A stretch of 64,000 nucleotides of DNA from Octopus bimaculoides (taxonomy: Eukaryota): the NCBI RefSeq assembly GCF_001194135.2, contig NC_068984.1:60224607-60288606 (forward strand). The letters are read 5' to 3'. Below are positions 51,461 through 64,000 of the stretch, piece after piece. A program made the position numbers and the translations under genes. Below the pieces are notes generated by a model. That model was not told the origin of the DNA. It searched no databases and worked only from the letters and a program-made list of their open reading frames with translations. Position 1 is the first letter of the stretch, and every line of letters begins with the position of its first letter.

Positions 51461-52130
51461 TCTATATAAGGAGAAAGAAAATTGTGTGGATATAATTGAT
51501 TTCTCAAACGTTATTGATTACCAAACATGAAGTTTAATTATCAAAATGTACCATACTCTTGAATTTCTCTTCTTGAAATATTTTCAAGTACTTCACAAAA
51601 GTAATAGGCAAATATTTAAAAATATTTTCACTTTCTTCTTAATATTTTGTTGTGTGTTTTTGTTTTTTTTGTTTTAAAGTTTAGAATGTTAATATACAAT
51701 TCTGCTCAGCTCCAACTGTTTTGTTTTTGTCAATAAATCAGATATTTATTGACTGTTTTTCATGGTATTATTATTGTTGTTGTTGTTATTTTAATTTTTA
51801 TGTGGTCTGTGCAATTCTACGTAAAGGTCAAATGATTATCTCCAATAGCTTTATCATTTAAGAAATCTAATGTCAAAAGTATTTTTGCCATATTCAAGCG
51901 TCAGGAAATCTGTAAATATTGACTGGATTATGTCTAAATTATTGTGCAGGATAAATTTCTAACCACAAGTGTTACTATTATTCAGCTGTTATAGATCAGC
52001 TGCTGCATAATTTCCAGAAGGAATTGGTATTGTACATTTCTGAGTAAATGTACTTCTTTGCCTCTTATAATTTTTGCTTTTGCCTTTTATAATTCTTATG
52101 GATTTGCGTAACAAAACAATTTCAATATAG

Positions 52131-52228
52131 CTTTGAAAAATATATTACTGGAATGTGTTATCAGAAAGTTTATGAACTGCTGTGCTTGCACTGCTCATTG
52201 GAATTGTACATGCAACTGATGAGCATTG
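52131..52228 (+). CDS. Candidate exon of speculative plus-strand chain (FEKYITGMCYQKVYELLCLHCSLELYMQLMSI)
   Basis: Acceptor aatttcaatatag, donor TTG|gtaact. 32 open codons in the only open frame, phase-compatible with 48679-48744. Confidence 0.35.
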
Positions 52229-52479
52229 GTAACTTCCCTAGTTACTTAGTCTATAAATAGGCTTCATACGAGCTATGAGTTCAGTTATTTACACAAAGTT
52301 TTATAACATTGTGTTAAAATAGATCTGTGATTTGTACAATGGGTATATAAGATTTTCACAAAGTCCAGTTCGTCTGCTACCAAGACCCTTGAAATAGTTC
52401 TTAGAGTTTTGGAGAAATTTCCTTAGATCGAAGAGAGGTTTTTGAGTAATATGCATATTTCAAGATTAATAACTCTGAA

Positions 52480-52945
52480 CCAAGACAGGCTCAGGGTGAT
52501 TATGACTACCAAAATGTCAGAAGATATGGATAAAAATTTATGAAGTCACTCTTGAAGACTGTTGTCAGACAATCCATCAGCTACTTCATATGATTAGAAT
52601 TAATTATGGTGATTGCCAGGATATTCATACAGAAGACCTGAACATGCATCACATTGCTGTGAAATTCGTTTCTCTGTGCTTAACTGACAAATCCCTCTGG
52701 GACTTTGCTGTGCTTTGCAAAGTGCACTTAAAACTGAAGAAACACTACTTTGGGATGAGGATGAAACTTAAAAACAGTGACAGACAGTATTAGATGACCT
52801 TCAGAGTCAGAATTTCAATGATACTTTTGTTGCAATGAAAATACACTGGGATTGCTGTATGCTGCAAAGAGGACTAAATTAAAGAGGATGGTGTCAAAAT
52901 ATAAAGAATACGTATAAGGCATTATTTATTGGAATACTGGTGTAC
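52480..52945 (+). mobile_element. mariner transposase remnant with internal deletion
   Basis: INYGDCQDIHTEDLNMHHIAVKFVSLCLTD (HTH2 / WVP-type region) joined to DFAVLCKV..KLK and a decayed C-terminus (HWDCC...EDG). Confidence 0.8.
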
Positions 52946-52955
52946 ATTTTAAAAA

Positions 52956-53175
52956 CCCTTTAGAATTCAAATTTCTTTGTCAAATGTATTGCCTATTTAT
53001 TTACATTGTTTTGAATTAATCATGCATTATCTTGTAGCTTCAAGATTTTGATAATGTGTTTGTATATATTTAGAATGTCATTGTAGAGCAAGTATGAAAT
53101 GTTGGGTCTGGTCAGTTTTAGCATAGGACACATAGAATATTTGGGCCAGTCATGCCCAATTTAAATTCCAAAGGG
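52956..53175 (-). mobile_element. piggyBac-type MITE copy
   Basis: ccctttagaatt ... aattccaaaggg ends. Reverse-complement homology to 5268-5479. Confidence 0.75.
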
Positions 53176-54980
53176 TTGATTGTGGTCTGGAGATTTCCTG
53201 ATACTACCTCATAATGTTGAGTTGGAAAAATAGATCTTCATAATATAACGCTGAATGTTTGCCTTTGGATTACATTTCTGAACTTGAATGGTTATTCTCA
53301 TCAATATTGACATGCTATGTCTGTCTGTCTTCTCTCCAATCATCTTCAGGTGGGTGATATTCCCTGAAATTGACTAAATGTTGGAGGATGTTGTTTTAAG
53401 AACAATTGATGTACTTTTTTCTTTTTGTCTTTTAGAATTCTTATAGATTAACATATACAGACATCTTTAAAATGCTACCACCGCAAATAAAAATAATTGA
53501 TATGATCATTGATAAGTTATGAAACTGGATATCTTTTATCTTTTACTTGTTTCAGTCATTAGACTGTGGCCTTGCTGGGGCACTACCTTGAAGAATTTTA
53601 GTCAAATGAATGAACCGCAGTACATTTTTTTAAAGCCTGGTACTTATTTTATTGATCCCTTTTGTCAAACCACTAAGTTACAGGTATGTAAACACATCAA
53701 CACTGGTTGTCAAGCAGTGGTGGACACACACACACACACACACGCACAACAGGCTACTTTTCAGTTTCTGTCTACCAAATCCACTCACAAGGCTTTTATC
53801 ATCATGGGGCTATAGTAGAAGACACTTGGCCAAGGTGTCATCCAGTGGGACTGAACCCAGAACCATGTGGATGGAAGCCAGCTTGCAAATGCTCCAAAAG
53901 GGTGCTTTTGTCTGCTCAAATCACCACATGTCTGACACTTTACTGTATTTGTATTTAGTAAGCACAATTTTCTCCTTAAGCCTTATTGCTGTTGTTCTAA
54001 AATGTGACATTGGTTCTGGTTTTAGAACAGCAAGTCCAGTTGTTAAATTAAGTTTCCAGGTTCATTTCCTGTCACAGACATATATATATGTAAATCAACA
54101 TTGTAAATGAACAGACAACAGAGCCCCCATGTTGTCACTTAATTTACCAGAAATGTCTACCAGGTCCTCCTGGTATCCAATTCTCTCTAAACATCTTAAA
54201 AAACAAAAAGAAACAAAAACACAACAAAGCAAAACAAAACAAAAACACAAGGGTCACATTGCATAAAATAGTCCTAGATACACTGTTCCTGAGAATGAAA
54301 ACAGTGCAATTCTTCAGTTCTTTGGTTTTGCTTTAGCTATCATAACTTCTTGAGAGTAAAAAATAAAAATAATGTCTTTTTGAGAGTGTATGAATGATTA
54401 GATCTTGTCTGAACCATGTCCTACCAAGTATGGTCAAATGTACCCCCTTCTCATCTTCTTCACCCTTCTCTTCTTTCAATTTTTTTGGCATCAAACCTTT
54501 CCTATTCTTCATCTGCGTTCTTTATATATTTGTCTCCAAACCTGGGACCAAATGTAATATATTACACATAGTAGAAGGGCATAGGAAGTGAAAAAAAAGA
54601 AGACTTGACAAATTCTTACTTTCTTTTCTCTCTTTCTTTTTCCTTTTCCTGCTCTCTTTTTAAAAATCTTTTTTGTTTTTCTTTTTTGCGTCCATTCCAA
54701 CCACCTCCCAATTTTTCATTCCTGATGTTTTCTGAAGTCTCGGAAATTTATCCTGTTTAGGAAGTGAAGTGAAAAAAAAAAAAAAAAAAAAAANNNNNNN
54801 NNNNNNNNNNNNNNNNNNNNNNNNNNNNNNNNNNNNNNNNNNNNNNNNNNNNNNNNNNNNNNNNNNNNNNNNNNNNNNNNNNNNNNNNNNNNNNNNNNNN
54901 NNNNNNNNNNNNNNNNNNNNNNNNNNNNNNNNNNNNNNNNNNNNNNNNNNNNNNNNNNNNNNNNNNNNNNNNNNNNNNNN

Positions 54981-55018
<38 letters not shown>

Positions 55019-55046
55019 TACGTGTATATGAATGTATGTGTGTGTC

Positions 55047-55092
<46 letters not shown>

Positions 55093-56139
55093 TACACATG
55101 CACACATATATACACACACACACACACATACAGACACAGACATACATAGTTTTGCATTTAACAGCATTGAAGTAAAGATACCATTTTACGTTTTTAAAAC
55201 TTTTAATTTGTCTTTTTTTGTTTTTGTTACTTTTAGGTTGTGTAAGTAGGGGTGGGCCATCGTGTGACAACTGTTTATCACTATTGTTTTATAGGACATT
55301 TCATTTTTTTTTTTGGTTTTTGTTTGTAAAAAATGGAAACACTTTTTTTCTTTTGCTAAGATACCATGGAACTCAATTCAAACAGCATATGTTTTCAATT
55401 CATTTAATTTTTTTTTGTTTTTAAACTTATTCTCCTCCCCCTCTACCACCGCCACCTCTATCTTCCCCAACCTCAACATTCAAATGCATTCAAAGACAAA
55501 CTTGAATGTTTAGAATCGTAAATACGATAATTTTTTTTTTCAACTCCTAGGAGAGGTCATTTGTTTATTACAAAGTAAATTTTATTCTAAAGTGTATTAT
55601 ATCATTATCAACATTATCAGTGTTGTCATCATCATCATCATCAGCCACCATCACCACTACATACACTTGCGTATGGTGTATATATTACACTGGTCTTTTT
55701 AAAGTATTTCCTCACAGGTGTATACCTAAGCATATGTGCATATGCAAATTCATAGATTTGTGTTTTCATTTGTGTGGATAGTGTAGCTTTTGGTTGGGGG
55801 ATGGGGTGAACTCTATTGTTTATGTAAACAATAACCAATTTGATAACAGGGAAGTTCACTCACAGCAAAAGGTATGTGATTGTATTTGTGTGTACATTGT
55901 ATGTGGGTGTATATATTTGTGTGTGTGGTACAAAAATTATATAAAAACATTTTTTAAAATTATACATAACACAAAGGCAAGGTGAAAAATACAGAGTATA
56001 ATTAGGTTTATGCTCAGAAAAAAAAATAGAAGGAAAAGTTTTTAGATTTTAAGCATATGCTCTTCTCTAGAAAGAATAGATGAAGGGAGAAAAAATGGAG
56101 AAAGAAAAGAACACACTCACACACACATACACAGAGACA

Positions 56140-58200
56140 CTTCATTTACACTAGGAAATGGGTAAGTTGGGCAATTGTAAATACCAAAACCTTTCTTGGT
56201 GAAGACTGCTATAGATTAGGGGCTAGTTACTCTAGTGTCAGGGCTAGGAAGACTCTGAGACAGAAGACAATGCAGAGACAGAAAACCTAATCTGCAGTTG
56301 GTAATAGGTTTAGGGATTTGAGAAATTCTAACTGATGCATATGAATCTAAGGAAAAAGAGTTAGATACTTATAACATGAATTGCAACTGGGAGATCCTAT
56401 GAGATAGCTTGCGGATAGTTCCAGATCAGACATGTGACTGATGCAAAGTCTCAATCAAACCAAAGATGACATGGCATCGAAAGGACATGGTAGAGAGAGA
56501 GAGAGAGCTGTAAAAGCTCAGAGACAGGCTTGGCATGAAAAAAGCTAGTAGCAGAGAACATTATAAAGTAGCTACAATGGTATTTTGGTGTTAGGCTCAC
56601 CTGGTTAAAGGAGAAGCAGAAAGAAAGAGTTTTGTAAATATTCTTCCTCATGTGGTCCAAGGGCAGGAGGTGTTCAGGGTTGATTGTGCAACAGAATGTT
56701 AGAGAGAAGTGAGACAACTGGGGTTATTCAACAAAAAACTTTGTTTATTAATTGTCTATTTTTGTTCATCCAATCATGTGGTATAATTCTATCAGGTGAC
56801 ATTTTCCTACTCATACTTCATTTATCATTTTAGCTTATGCCTATTCATCCAATTGGGTGACACTTCATTGACTCTAACAGGTAATATATTTTATACATTG
56901 GCTCATTTCATGAATTTATTCTTTTTCACCTTGGGACTCTTGTCTTGAGTGTAGTCTTATTCATTTCCATCATGAACGATTGGAATTACAGTTTACCATT
57001 TTATATCTCATTTTGGGAATTATTGCAATATTTTTTGTTTGTTATTAACATCATTATCTGGGTACAATATCATTATTTGTTCCTACATTATATCTAGAAC
57101 TGAGGCATCAGTGGGGAGAATTCTATCCAAAATAATGAAGGCATACTTGCTATTATTGTCAATAGCAAGAAAGAGGCACGGAGGTGTTGGTATGATTGGC
57201 TTTTAAACATGAAGATTTCATAGGATAAGGGAAGGGCTCTATTATATTGACCAAACAAGGGAATCAGCAATTCTGGTTGATGGTAGTGTGGTTGATAAGG
57301 TGATGAAAGACATGAAGGTAGAGAAAGATGCTGAACACTTTATTGACTCTGTCAGGTGATATATTTTATACATTGACTCATTTTATGGATTTATTCTTTT
57401 TCGCCTTGGGACTCTTATCTTGCGTACACTCTTATTCATTTCTGTTGTGGACAATTGGAATTACAGTTTACTATTTTATATCTCATTTTGGGAATTATTA
57501 TTGAGATGTTCAAAATATCTGATTAAGAAAGAACACATGATTATCACCCACATAGTAAATAAAATATTGCAGGAAGGTAGCATACATGATGATTGGTATA
57601 GTAACATCATTGCAAGCTGCTATAAGAGCAGAGGAGAAATCTTACAGAGAGAGAATTACTGAGATATTAAAATGTTGGGCCAGCCATGGCCCAAGGTGAT
57701 GGAGAAAGTTAAGGCACAATTGATCAGAAAGAGAGTTATAACAGATGAAATGTAGTTTGGCTTTGTGCCCAACAGAGGTACCACAGATGCAATCTTCCTA
57801 GTGAGACAACTGCTGAAGACATTATTGGCTAAGAGCAAACCACTATACTTAGCATTTGTTGACCTGGATAAGGTCTTTGACCAGTTGCCACACCTTGTAA
57901 TCTGGTGGTCACTATGGAAATTAGGCATAGAGGAACAGATTTTGAGGGTTATACAAGCTATTTATATAGACACAGTAAATAAAATGAGACTCAAAAATAA
58001 TTTCAATGATGAATTTAGTGTGAGGGTAGATTCCATCAACACTCAGTTCTCAGTCCTCTCCTGTTTCATATAATCACACAGGCCATTGCAAAGGAGTTTA
58101 AGATTGGCTGTCAGTTGGAACTCCTATAAGCTGATTATCTAGATATTACAGCTGAATCTAAAGTGGAAGGAATTTCAGGCATGGAAGCCAAATTTAAAGT
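56140..58200 (+). mobile_element. Decayed RTE-clade LINE ORF2, interrupted twice
   Basis: EN-RT linker (56140-56725), segment 57130-57334, and RT 57510-58200 (PNRGTTDAIFLVRQL..KPLYLAFVDLDKVFD..VIWWSLWKLGIEE, degenerate LLYADD). Confidence 0.88.
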
Positions 58201-58355
58201 CGAGAAGCTGCAAGGCATGATCCTGGCATCACCAGAAATGATATGCAGATAATGGTTGGATGCCTTTCCTGTTGCCAACTTTTTCAGTTACCTCTTATAA
58301 CTTGTGGAGATGTGGTGGTGTACATATTCTAAAACTGTAATACACATAATATATA

Positions 58356-58408
<53 letters not shown>

Positions 58409-59410
58409 GTGAGAGCATGTGCATACACACACAGAGAACAGACTACTGTACAATTTGTCTTATTTTATGAAATTCTACTTACAAGGTATTGGTCAACCTG
58501 AAACTTTAGCAAAAGAGACATACTAAAGATGCTGCATAGCAGGATTGAACTTGCAACCATATGGTTGCAAAGAGATTGTCTTAACCTCACAGCCACAACA
58601 AAAACTTGTGTTATTCAGTTGAAAAATAATAGAATGGCTTTGTGATACGAAGGGGACATCAGGCAAGCTAGAAAAATCACTGACTTCTGGAACCAATGAA
58701 AATGTCCAAATGGAAATATATTGTATAATGTCAAAGTTTAAAAAATATATATCATTCAAATGTCATAAAGATCAATAAATTTCTATCAAAAAGATTCATT
58801 GGTGATTCATATATCAGATTTAAAATTATTTCTGTCATCAGTAGTAAAAAGTGCTAAAAAAATGCTTGAGAGATTCAATTGGGTTTAGGAGCTTATTAAT
58901 CATAGCTGTTGATGTGTATTTAAACCTTTATCCTTCAAGTCAGCCAAATCTGAACATCATAAAGACAGTGCTGTTTGTTCAAAGTGGCTAACAACCTTGT
59001 TGACATATATCTTATTTTTGCTTTTTAATGGTGCCAGTAAAAGCCACTTATAACTTATAAAAGAAAGTTGTAGGCTTTTGTTTCATAATTTCTATATATA
59101 TATACACCAACATGTCTGATGTTGTGAAGGTTAAAGTATGAAGAATCATGTCTACTTAAAGTACAAAACATGTACATGTGTGTGTGTGTGTGTGTGTGCA
59201 TGTGTGTGGACACACATGTATGTATAAATACATGCATGTGTACACACAGACACATAAATTGTGTGTGTGTATGTATGTGCGATAATTTCATTAGTGATTC
59301 TGGCATTTCACCATGTGTAGCTTATTCAAACAGTTTGAATAAAGCTGTACATGGAGACATTTCGAACTTCCTGTCAATAGAATTGTTGTATATGTGTGTG
59401 TGTGTGTATG

Positions 59411-59441
<31 letters not shown>

Positions 59442-59449
59442 ATATATCT

Positions 59450-59790
59450 CATCATCATCATCATCGTTTAACGTCCGCTTTCCATGCTAGCATGGGTTGG
59501 ACGATTTGACTGAGGACTGGTGCAACCGGATGGCTACACCAGGCTCCAATCTAATTTGGCAGAGTTTCTACAGCTGGATTCCCTTCCTAACGCCAACCAC
59601 TCAGAGAGTGTAGTGGGTGCTTTTACGTGTCACCCGCACGAAAACGGCCACGCTCGAAATGGTGTCTTTTATGTGCCACCCGCACAAGCCAGTCCAGGGG
59701 CACTGGCAACGATCTCACTCTAAAATCCTACGGGAGCCAGTCAGGTGGTACTGGCAACGGCCACGCTCAAAATGGTGCATCTCATGTGCC
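59450..59790 (-). mobile_element. Young, CpG-rich copy of RTE-tailed family C element
   Basis: catcatcatcgtttaacgtccgctttccatgctagcatgggttgg. Internal duplication aacggccacgctc(g/a)aaatggtg at about 59642 and 59756. Confidence 0.88.
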
Positions 59791-60679
59791 ATATATATAT
59801 ATATATTTGTGTATGTGCGTGTGTGTGTATATACACATACATACACATGTGTGTATATATATATATATATATGTATGTGTATATATATGTACACACATAT
59901 GCGATCATACAAACTCATATACACACCCACACATTCATGAATACTCTTACACACATAGCATTTCACATTTTAAAATAGTCCTAAATTTTCAAATTTCCAT
60001 GCTTGTAAGAGCCAGACAGAATTTGTTGAGGTAGATTTTCTATGGCTGGACGCACTTCATGTCACCAATGCTCACATTTCCAAACAAGGTATCTTTTCCC
60101 ATGATCTAATATATTTCCATCACAGACTGGAAATGAACAACACCAGTTGTATGATGGTGAAGATCATTTACAACTATTGTGCAATAATGAAGAGAAGACA
60201 CAAACAAGCACTCGCAAACACACACACACGCGCATACCCAAATATACACACACATATATACCTACACAAAAATACACACATATGTGTGTGTATGTTTGTT
60301 TATACATCTTTTTTATCTTTTATCTTTTGTGTGTGTTTATATATCTTTTTTATCTTTTATCTTTTACTAGTTTCAATCATCAGACTGTGACCATGTTGAG
60401 GTACCTTCTTGAAGGGTTTAGTCAAACAAATAGCATTTGTATTTTTTTAAAGTTTGGTACTTATCGTATTGGTCTCCTTTTGTTGAACTGTAAAGTTACA
60501 TGGATGCCAATAAACCAATACTGGTCTTCAAGTGGTGGTGGGGTATAAACTCAAACACAAAGATACACACACATAAATGTATATACATGTATACAACTGG
60601 CTTTTTTCAGTTTCCACCTATCAAATCCACTTACAAAGCTTTGGTCAACCTGGGGCTATAGTAGATGACACTATCTAAT

Positions 60680-61200
60680 CTAGCCTTCCTTCATATTATG
60701 GACTCTTCTAAAACTTCATATTATATATAGCGTTGTAATGCACTTTAGCCTGCAGCTATAACTTTAACATCATCTTCTTGAAGAGAATGGTCTGATTAAA
60801 CATTCGGTTTTTAAAAATCATCTAACCTACCATTTCTTTTAAAGTTTTAACCTTGGGAATCTATTAACTCTGATGAGAGAAATATAGAGAAATGCTATGG
60901 TTAGAGTTAGCTCGCCCATAGCAACCTATATCTTTTCGAAACGGCTGTAAGATTTTATACATGAATTTTATACATGTTTTAGATTCCTTATGAATCATTT
61001 TGCTTTCGGTTTTTTATCTTCCTCTTCATTGAATCAAATTTGAACATTTGGACTTTGCAGGTACATTTATGGACTCATATTTTTATATATTTATGTTTAT
61101 GAATTTTTATGTGTTTATAAATTTTTATATGTCTATGAATTTTCATATATTTATAATTTTTTGTGTAGATGTATGTATTTATAAATTCATAGAAATTTTA
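60680..61200 (+). mobile_element. Penelope-like element 3' fragment
   Basis: Decayed LLEENGLIKHS..N endonuclease-like tail, hammerhead motif, then AT-rich degenerate ~18-22-bp repeats (61075-61200). It truncates a family B SINE at about 60672. Confidence 0.55.
60868..60952 (+). ncRNA. Type-I hammerhead ribozyme motif with extended stem II
   Basis: CU-CUGAUGA-GAGAAAUAUAG..UGCUAUGG-loop-CCAUAGCA..CUAUAUCUUUUC-GAAAC-GGCU-GUA-AG. Core is intact, cleavage triplet GUA, stem I is short. Confidence 0.7.
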
Positions 61201-62394
61201 TACATCATATAGATTAATGCATCTATGTATGTATATTATACACCATGGTGAATTTCATTGATATGGATTGAATGAATATATACATCAACCTTTGAATTTG
61301 TCTTCTCTCCTTCTTAATTTTATATTCCTGAATCTCTGTCAGAGCGCTAATTGGCTGAGCCGTATAAAATGGATATCTATATCACTCATTTCTTCATTGT
61401 TCTACAGTTGCTCGAGGTCAGCACTTCCTACAGCATCACCTTATGGAGAAACAATTCCATGATTTTCGAATGTTGGCCCTCATGAGGGCAATAAAATGTG
61501 ACCTTTGGTGATATGGCATGCTTAAGAAGACCCATCAAGCCAGGTGAAATTGTAGTCATGGTTGATGCCAGTGTCATGTAACTGGCATCCATGCCAGTGA
61601 TATATAGAAAGCACACATTACAGTCTTGGAGTGGTTAGCATTAGGAAGGGCATTCAACCATAGAAACAATGCCAAATCAGATTGGAATCTGGTGTAGCCC
61701 TCTGGCTTATCAATTTCAGTTAACCATCTAAGCCATGCCAGCATGGAAAGCAGATGCTAAATGATGATGGTGATGATGATGATGATGATATACACATATA
61801 TGCAATGACCTTTCAGTTTCTGTCTACCAAATTCTCTCACAAGTCATTGATCTGCCCAGGGCTATCATAGAAGACACTTGCTCAATGTACCACCCGTTCA
61901 TTGGAACTATATCCAAAACTATGTGGCTCAGAAGCAGACTGCTGAACCGCATAGCCATTCTTGCACCCCTGTACTTGAAAATCAATCCAGTCTTTTAAAA
62001 TTCTTCTATTTGTCCCTTCTTCTGATATCTTAAAGTAATTACTTTTCCAAAGCTGTAAAGACGGCGATACTGTGTTTAGTAGCAGCTTAGAGGTCTTGGT
62101 AGAGTTTTAAGATTTGGTCTTTAATTTCTTACAGAAACAAACTCAGCGGATTTGATGCAAAATATGAAATTTCAAGTGTATTCCAGTGCAATTATTTGTC
62201 TAGCTTCTCCATTCAACTTAATCCACTTTTCTGCATAAATGATGCTAAGACAAACTAAGCTATTAGAATCACAATAAAACACAACCAAATTGGCGAAAAA
62301 AAAAAAGAATTTAAATAGAAATAAAAGTTTGCATTTCTTCAGTTCTTGTGGAATAAATATTTTTGCTGATTCTATGCATTTTGTTTGTAAAGTT

Positions 62395-62600
62395 TTGCTC
62401 TCTCTCTCTCTCTCTCCCCTCTGTTACTCTCTCACTCTCATTCCCTTCCTCTTGCTCTCTCTCCCTCCCACTCTCTTTTGCTCACTGCTTCTCACTTGCA
62501 TGCTTCCTACTCTTTCTTACTCACTGCCTCCTACCCCAACCCTATCATTTCCTCCCCCTCTTTTTCTCTCTGTTTTTCTCTCACTCCATCTCTCCTAAAT
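62395..62600. repeat. Polypyrimidine (CT-rich) tract
   Basis: Direct observation. A similar (CT)n/CTCTTTCC tract lies at 63685-63797. Confidence 0.9.
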
Positions 62601-63962
62601 TTATTTTGAAATATTTGAATTATTAATTTTTCAACTCAATGATGGAATATCTTCTTGAATATTCAGAAAAAACTTTCAATCACAATATCTTAAAATATTT
62701 ATTAATTTCTTTTTCTCCCTATCACTCTCTAATAACCATTGTCCTTTATTTCACATTGCTTTTCTCTGGTTGAAAAATATCAATGTTACTTGTGCTCAAT
62801 ATCTAGCATAAAATGTACCTATCACAACCTGTCTGAAAGAAAAAAACTGTAATTTTTTTTCTTTTTTGGTTATTGAAAATACATATAGAACATTTTAAAT
62901 GTGTGTTATTGCAAAATACATGCGCAAACATATATATGTGTGTGCTTTTGTATATATGTGTGTCTGTATATATATANNNNNNNNNNNNNNNNNNNNNNNN
63001 NNNNNNNNNNNNNNNNNNNNNNNNNNNNNNNNNNNNNNNNNNNNNNNNNNNNNNNNNNNNNNNNNNNNNNNNNNNNNNNNNNNNNNNNNNNNNNNNNNNN
63101 NNNNNNNNNNNNNNNNNNNNNNNNNNNNNNNNNNNNNNNNNNNNNNNNNNNNNNNNNNNNNNNNNNNNNNNNNNNNNNNNNNNNNNNNNNNNNNNNNNNN
63201 NNNNNNNNNNNNNNNNNNNNNNNNNNNNNNNNNNNNNNNNNNNNNNNNNNNNNNNNNNNNNNNNNNNNNNNNNNNNNNNNNNNNNNNNNNNNNNNNNNNN
63301 NNNNNNNNNNNNNNNNNNATCCACTCACAAGGCTTTGGTCAGCTAGGGGCTATAGTAGATGACAGTTGCCCCAGGTGCCATGCTGTGGGATTGAACCTGG
63401 AACCATGTGGTTGGGAAGCAGGCTTCTTACCACACAGCCACTCCTGCTCCATATATGTATATGTTATTTTTAAACTTGAAAATTAAAGTTTGAAACATTT
63501 TTTTTATTTGTATATTCTTTTATAGAAATGTTAGTTTCACATTTAAAACTCACATTCCATTTGCTTGAATGCATATTTCCATATTTTTTTCTATTAATCT
63601 ATATTTATGTTTGTATGTGTGTTTATGTGTGCGTATATATTTTTAAGTATATATATGTGTATGTGTGTATGTATTTGAATACGTCTCTCTCTCTCTTTCC
63701 CTCTCTCTCTCTCTTTCCCTCTCTCTCTCTCTTTCCCTCTCTTTCCCTCTCTCTCTCTCTTTCCCCCTCTCTCTCTCTCTTTCCATCTCTCTCTCTATAT
63801 ATATAGGCATGACTGTGTGGTAAGAAGCTTGCTTACCAACCACATGGTTCTGGGTTCAGTCCCACTGAGTACCACTCTGAGCAAGCGTCTTCTACTATAG
63901 CCCCGGGCTGACCAAAGCCATGTGAGTGGATTTGGTAGGCAGAAACTGTAAAGAAACCCATG

Positions 63963-64000
<38 letters not shown>

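Overview
AT-rich, microsatellite-saturated animal genomic DNA from a gapped short-read-type assembly (about 14 N-runs). The repeat landscape (tRNA-derived SINEs with internal microsatellites, RTE-tailed elements ending in (GAT)n, RTE/BovB, R4-like and Penelope-like retroelements, mariner/Tc1, piggyBac and hAT remnants) points to a coleoid cephalopod, probably Octopus. That assignment is my inference from repeat recognition, not a search. No long intact CDS is present: almost all ORFs in the track are microsatellite read-throughs or decayed transposon fragments. A few short unique islands have canonical splice sites and may be exons of one or two large, unidentified genes, so the window is probably mostly intronic. 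The most notable structures are several minimal type-I hammerhead-ribozyme motifs on Penelope-like fragments. They include a 285-bp fold-back insertion with a 13-bp TSD and a hammerhead in each arm, a hammerhead with a compensatory U3-A8 core, and one with a long branched stem II. Other highlights are a SINE trimer inserted as one unit (16-bp TSD) and an internally deleted piggyBac sharing a TTAA with a MITE. No rRNA, tRNA gene or CRISPR array is supported.
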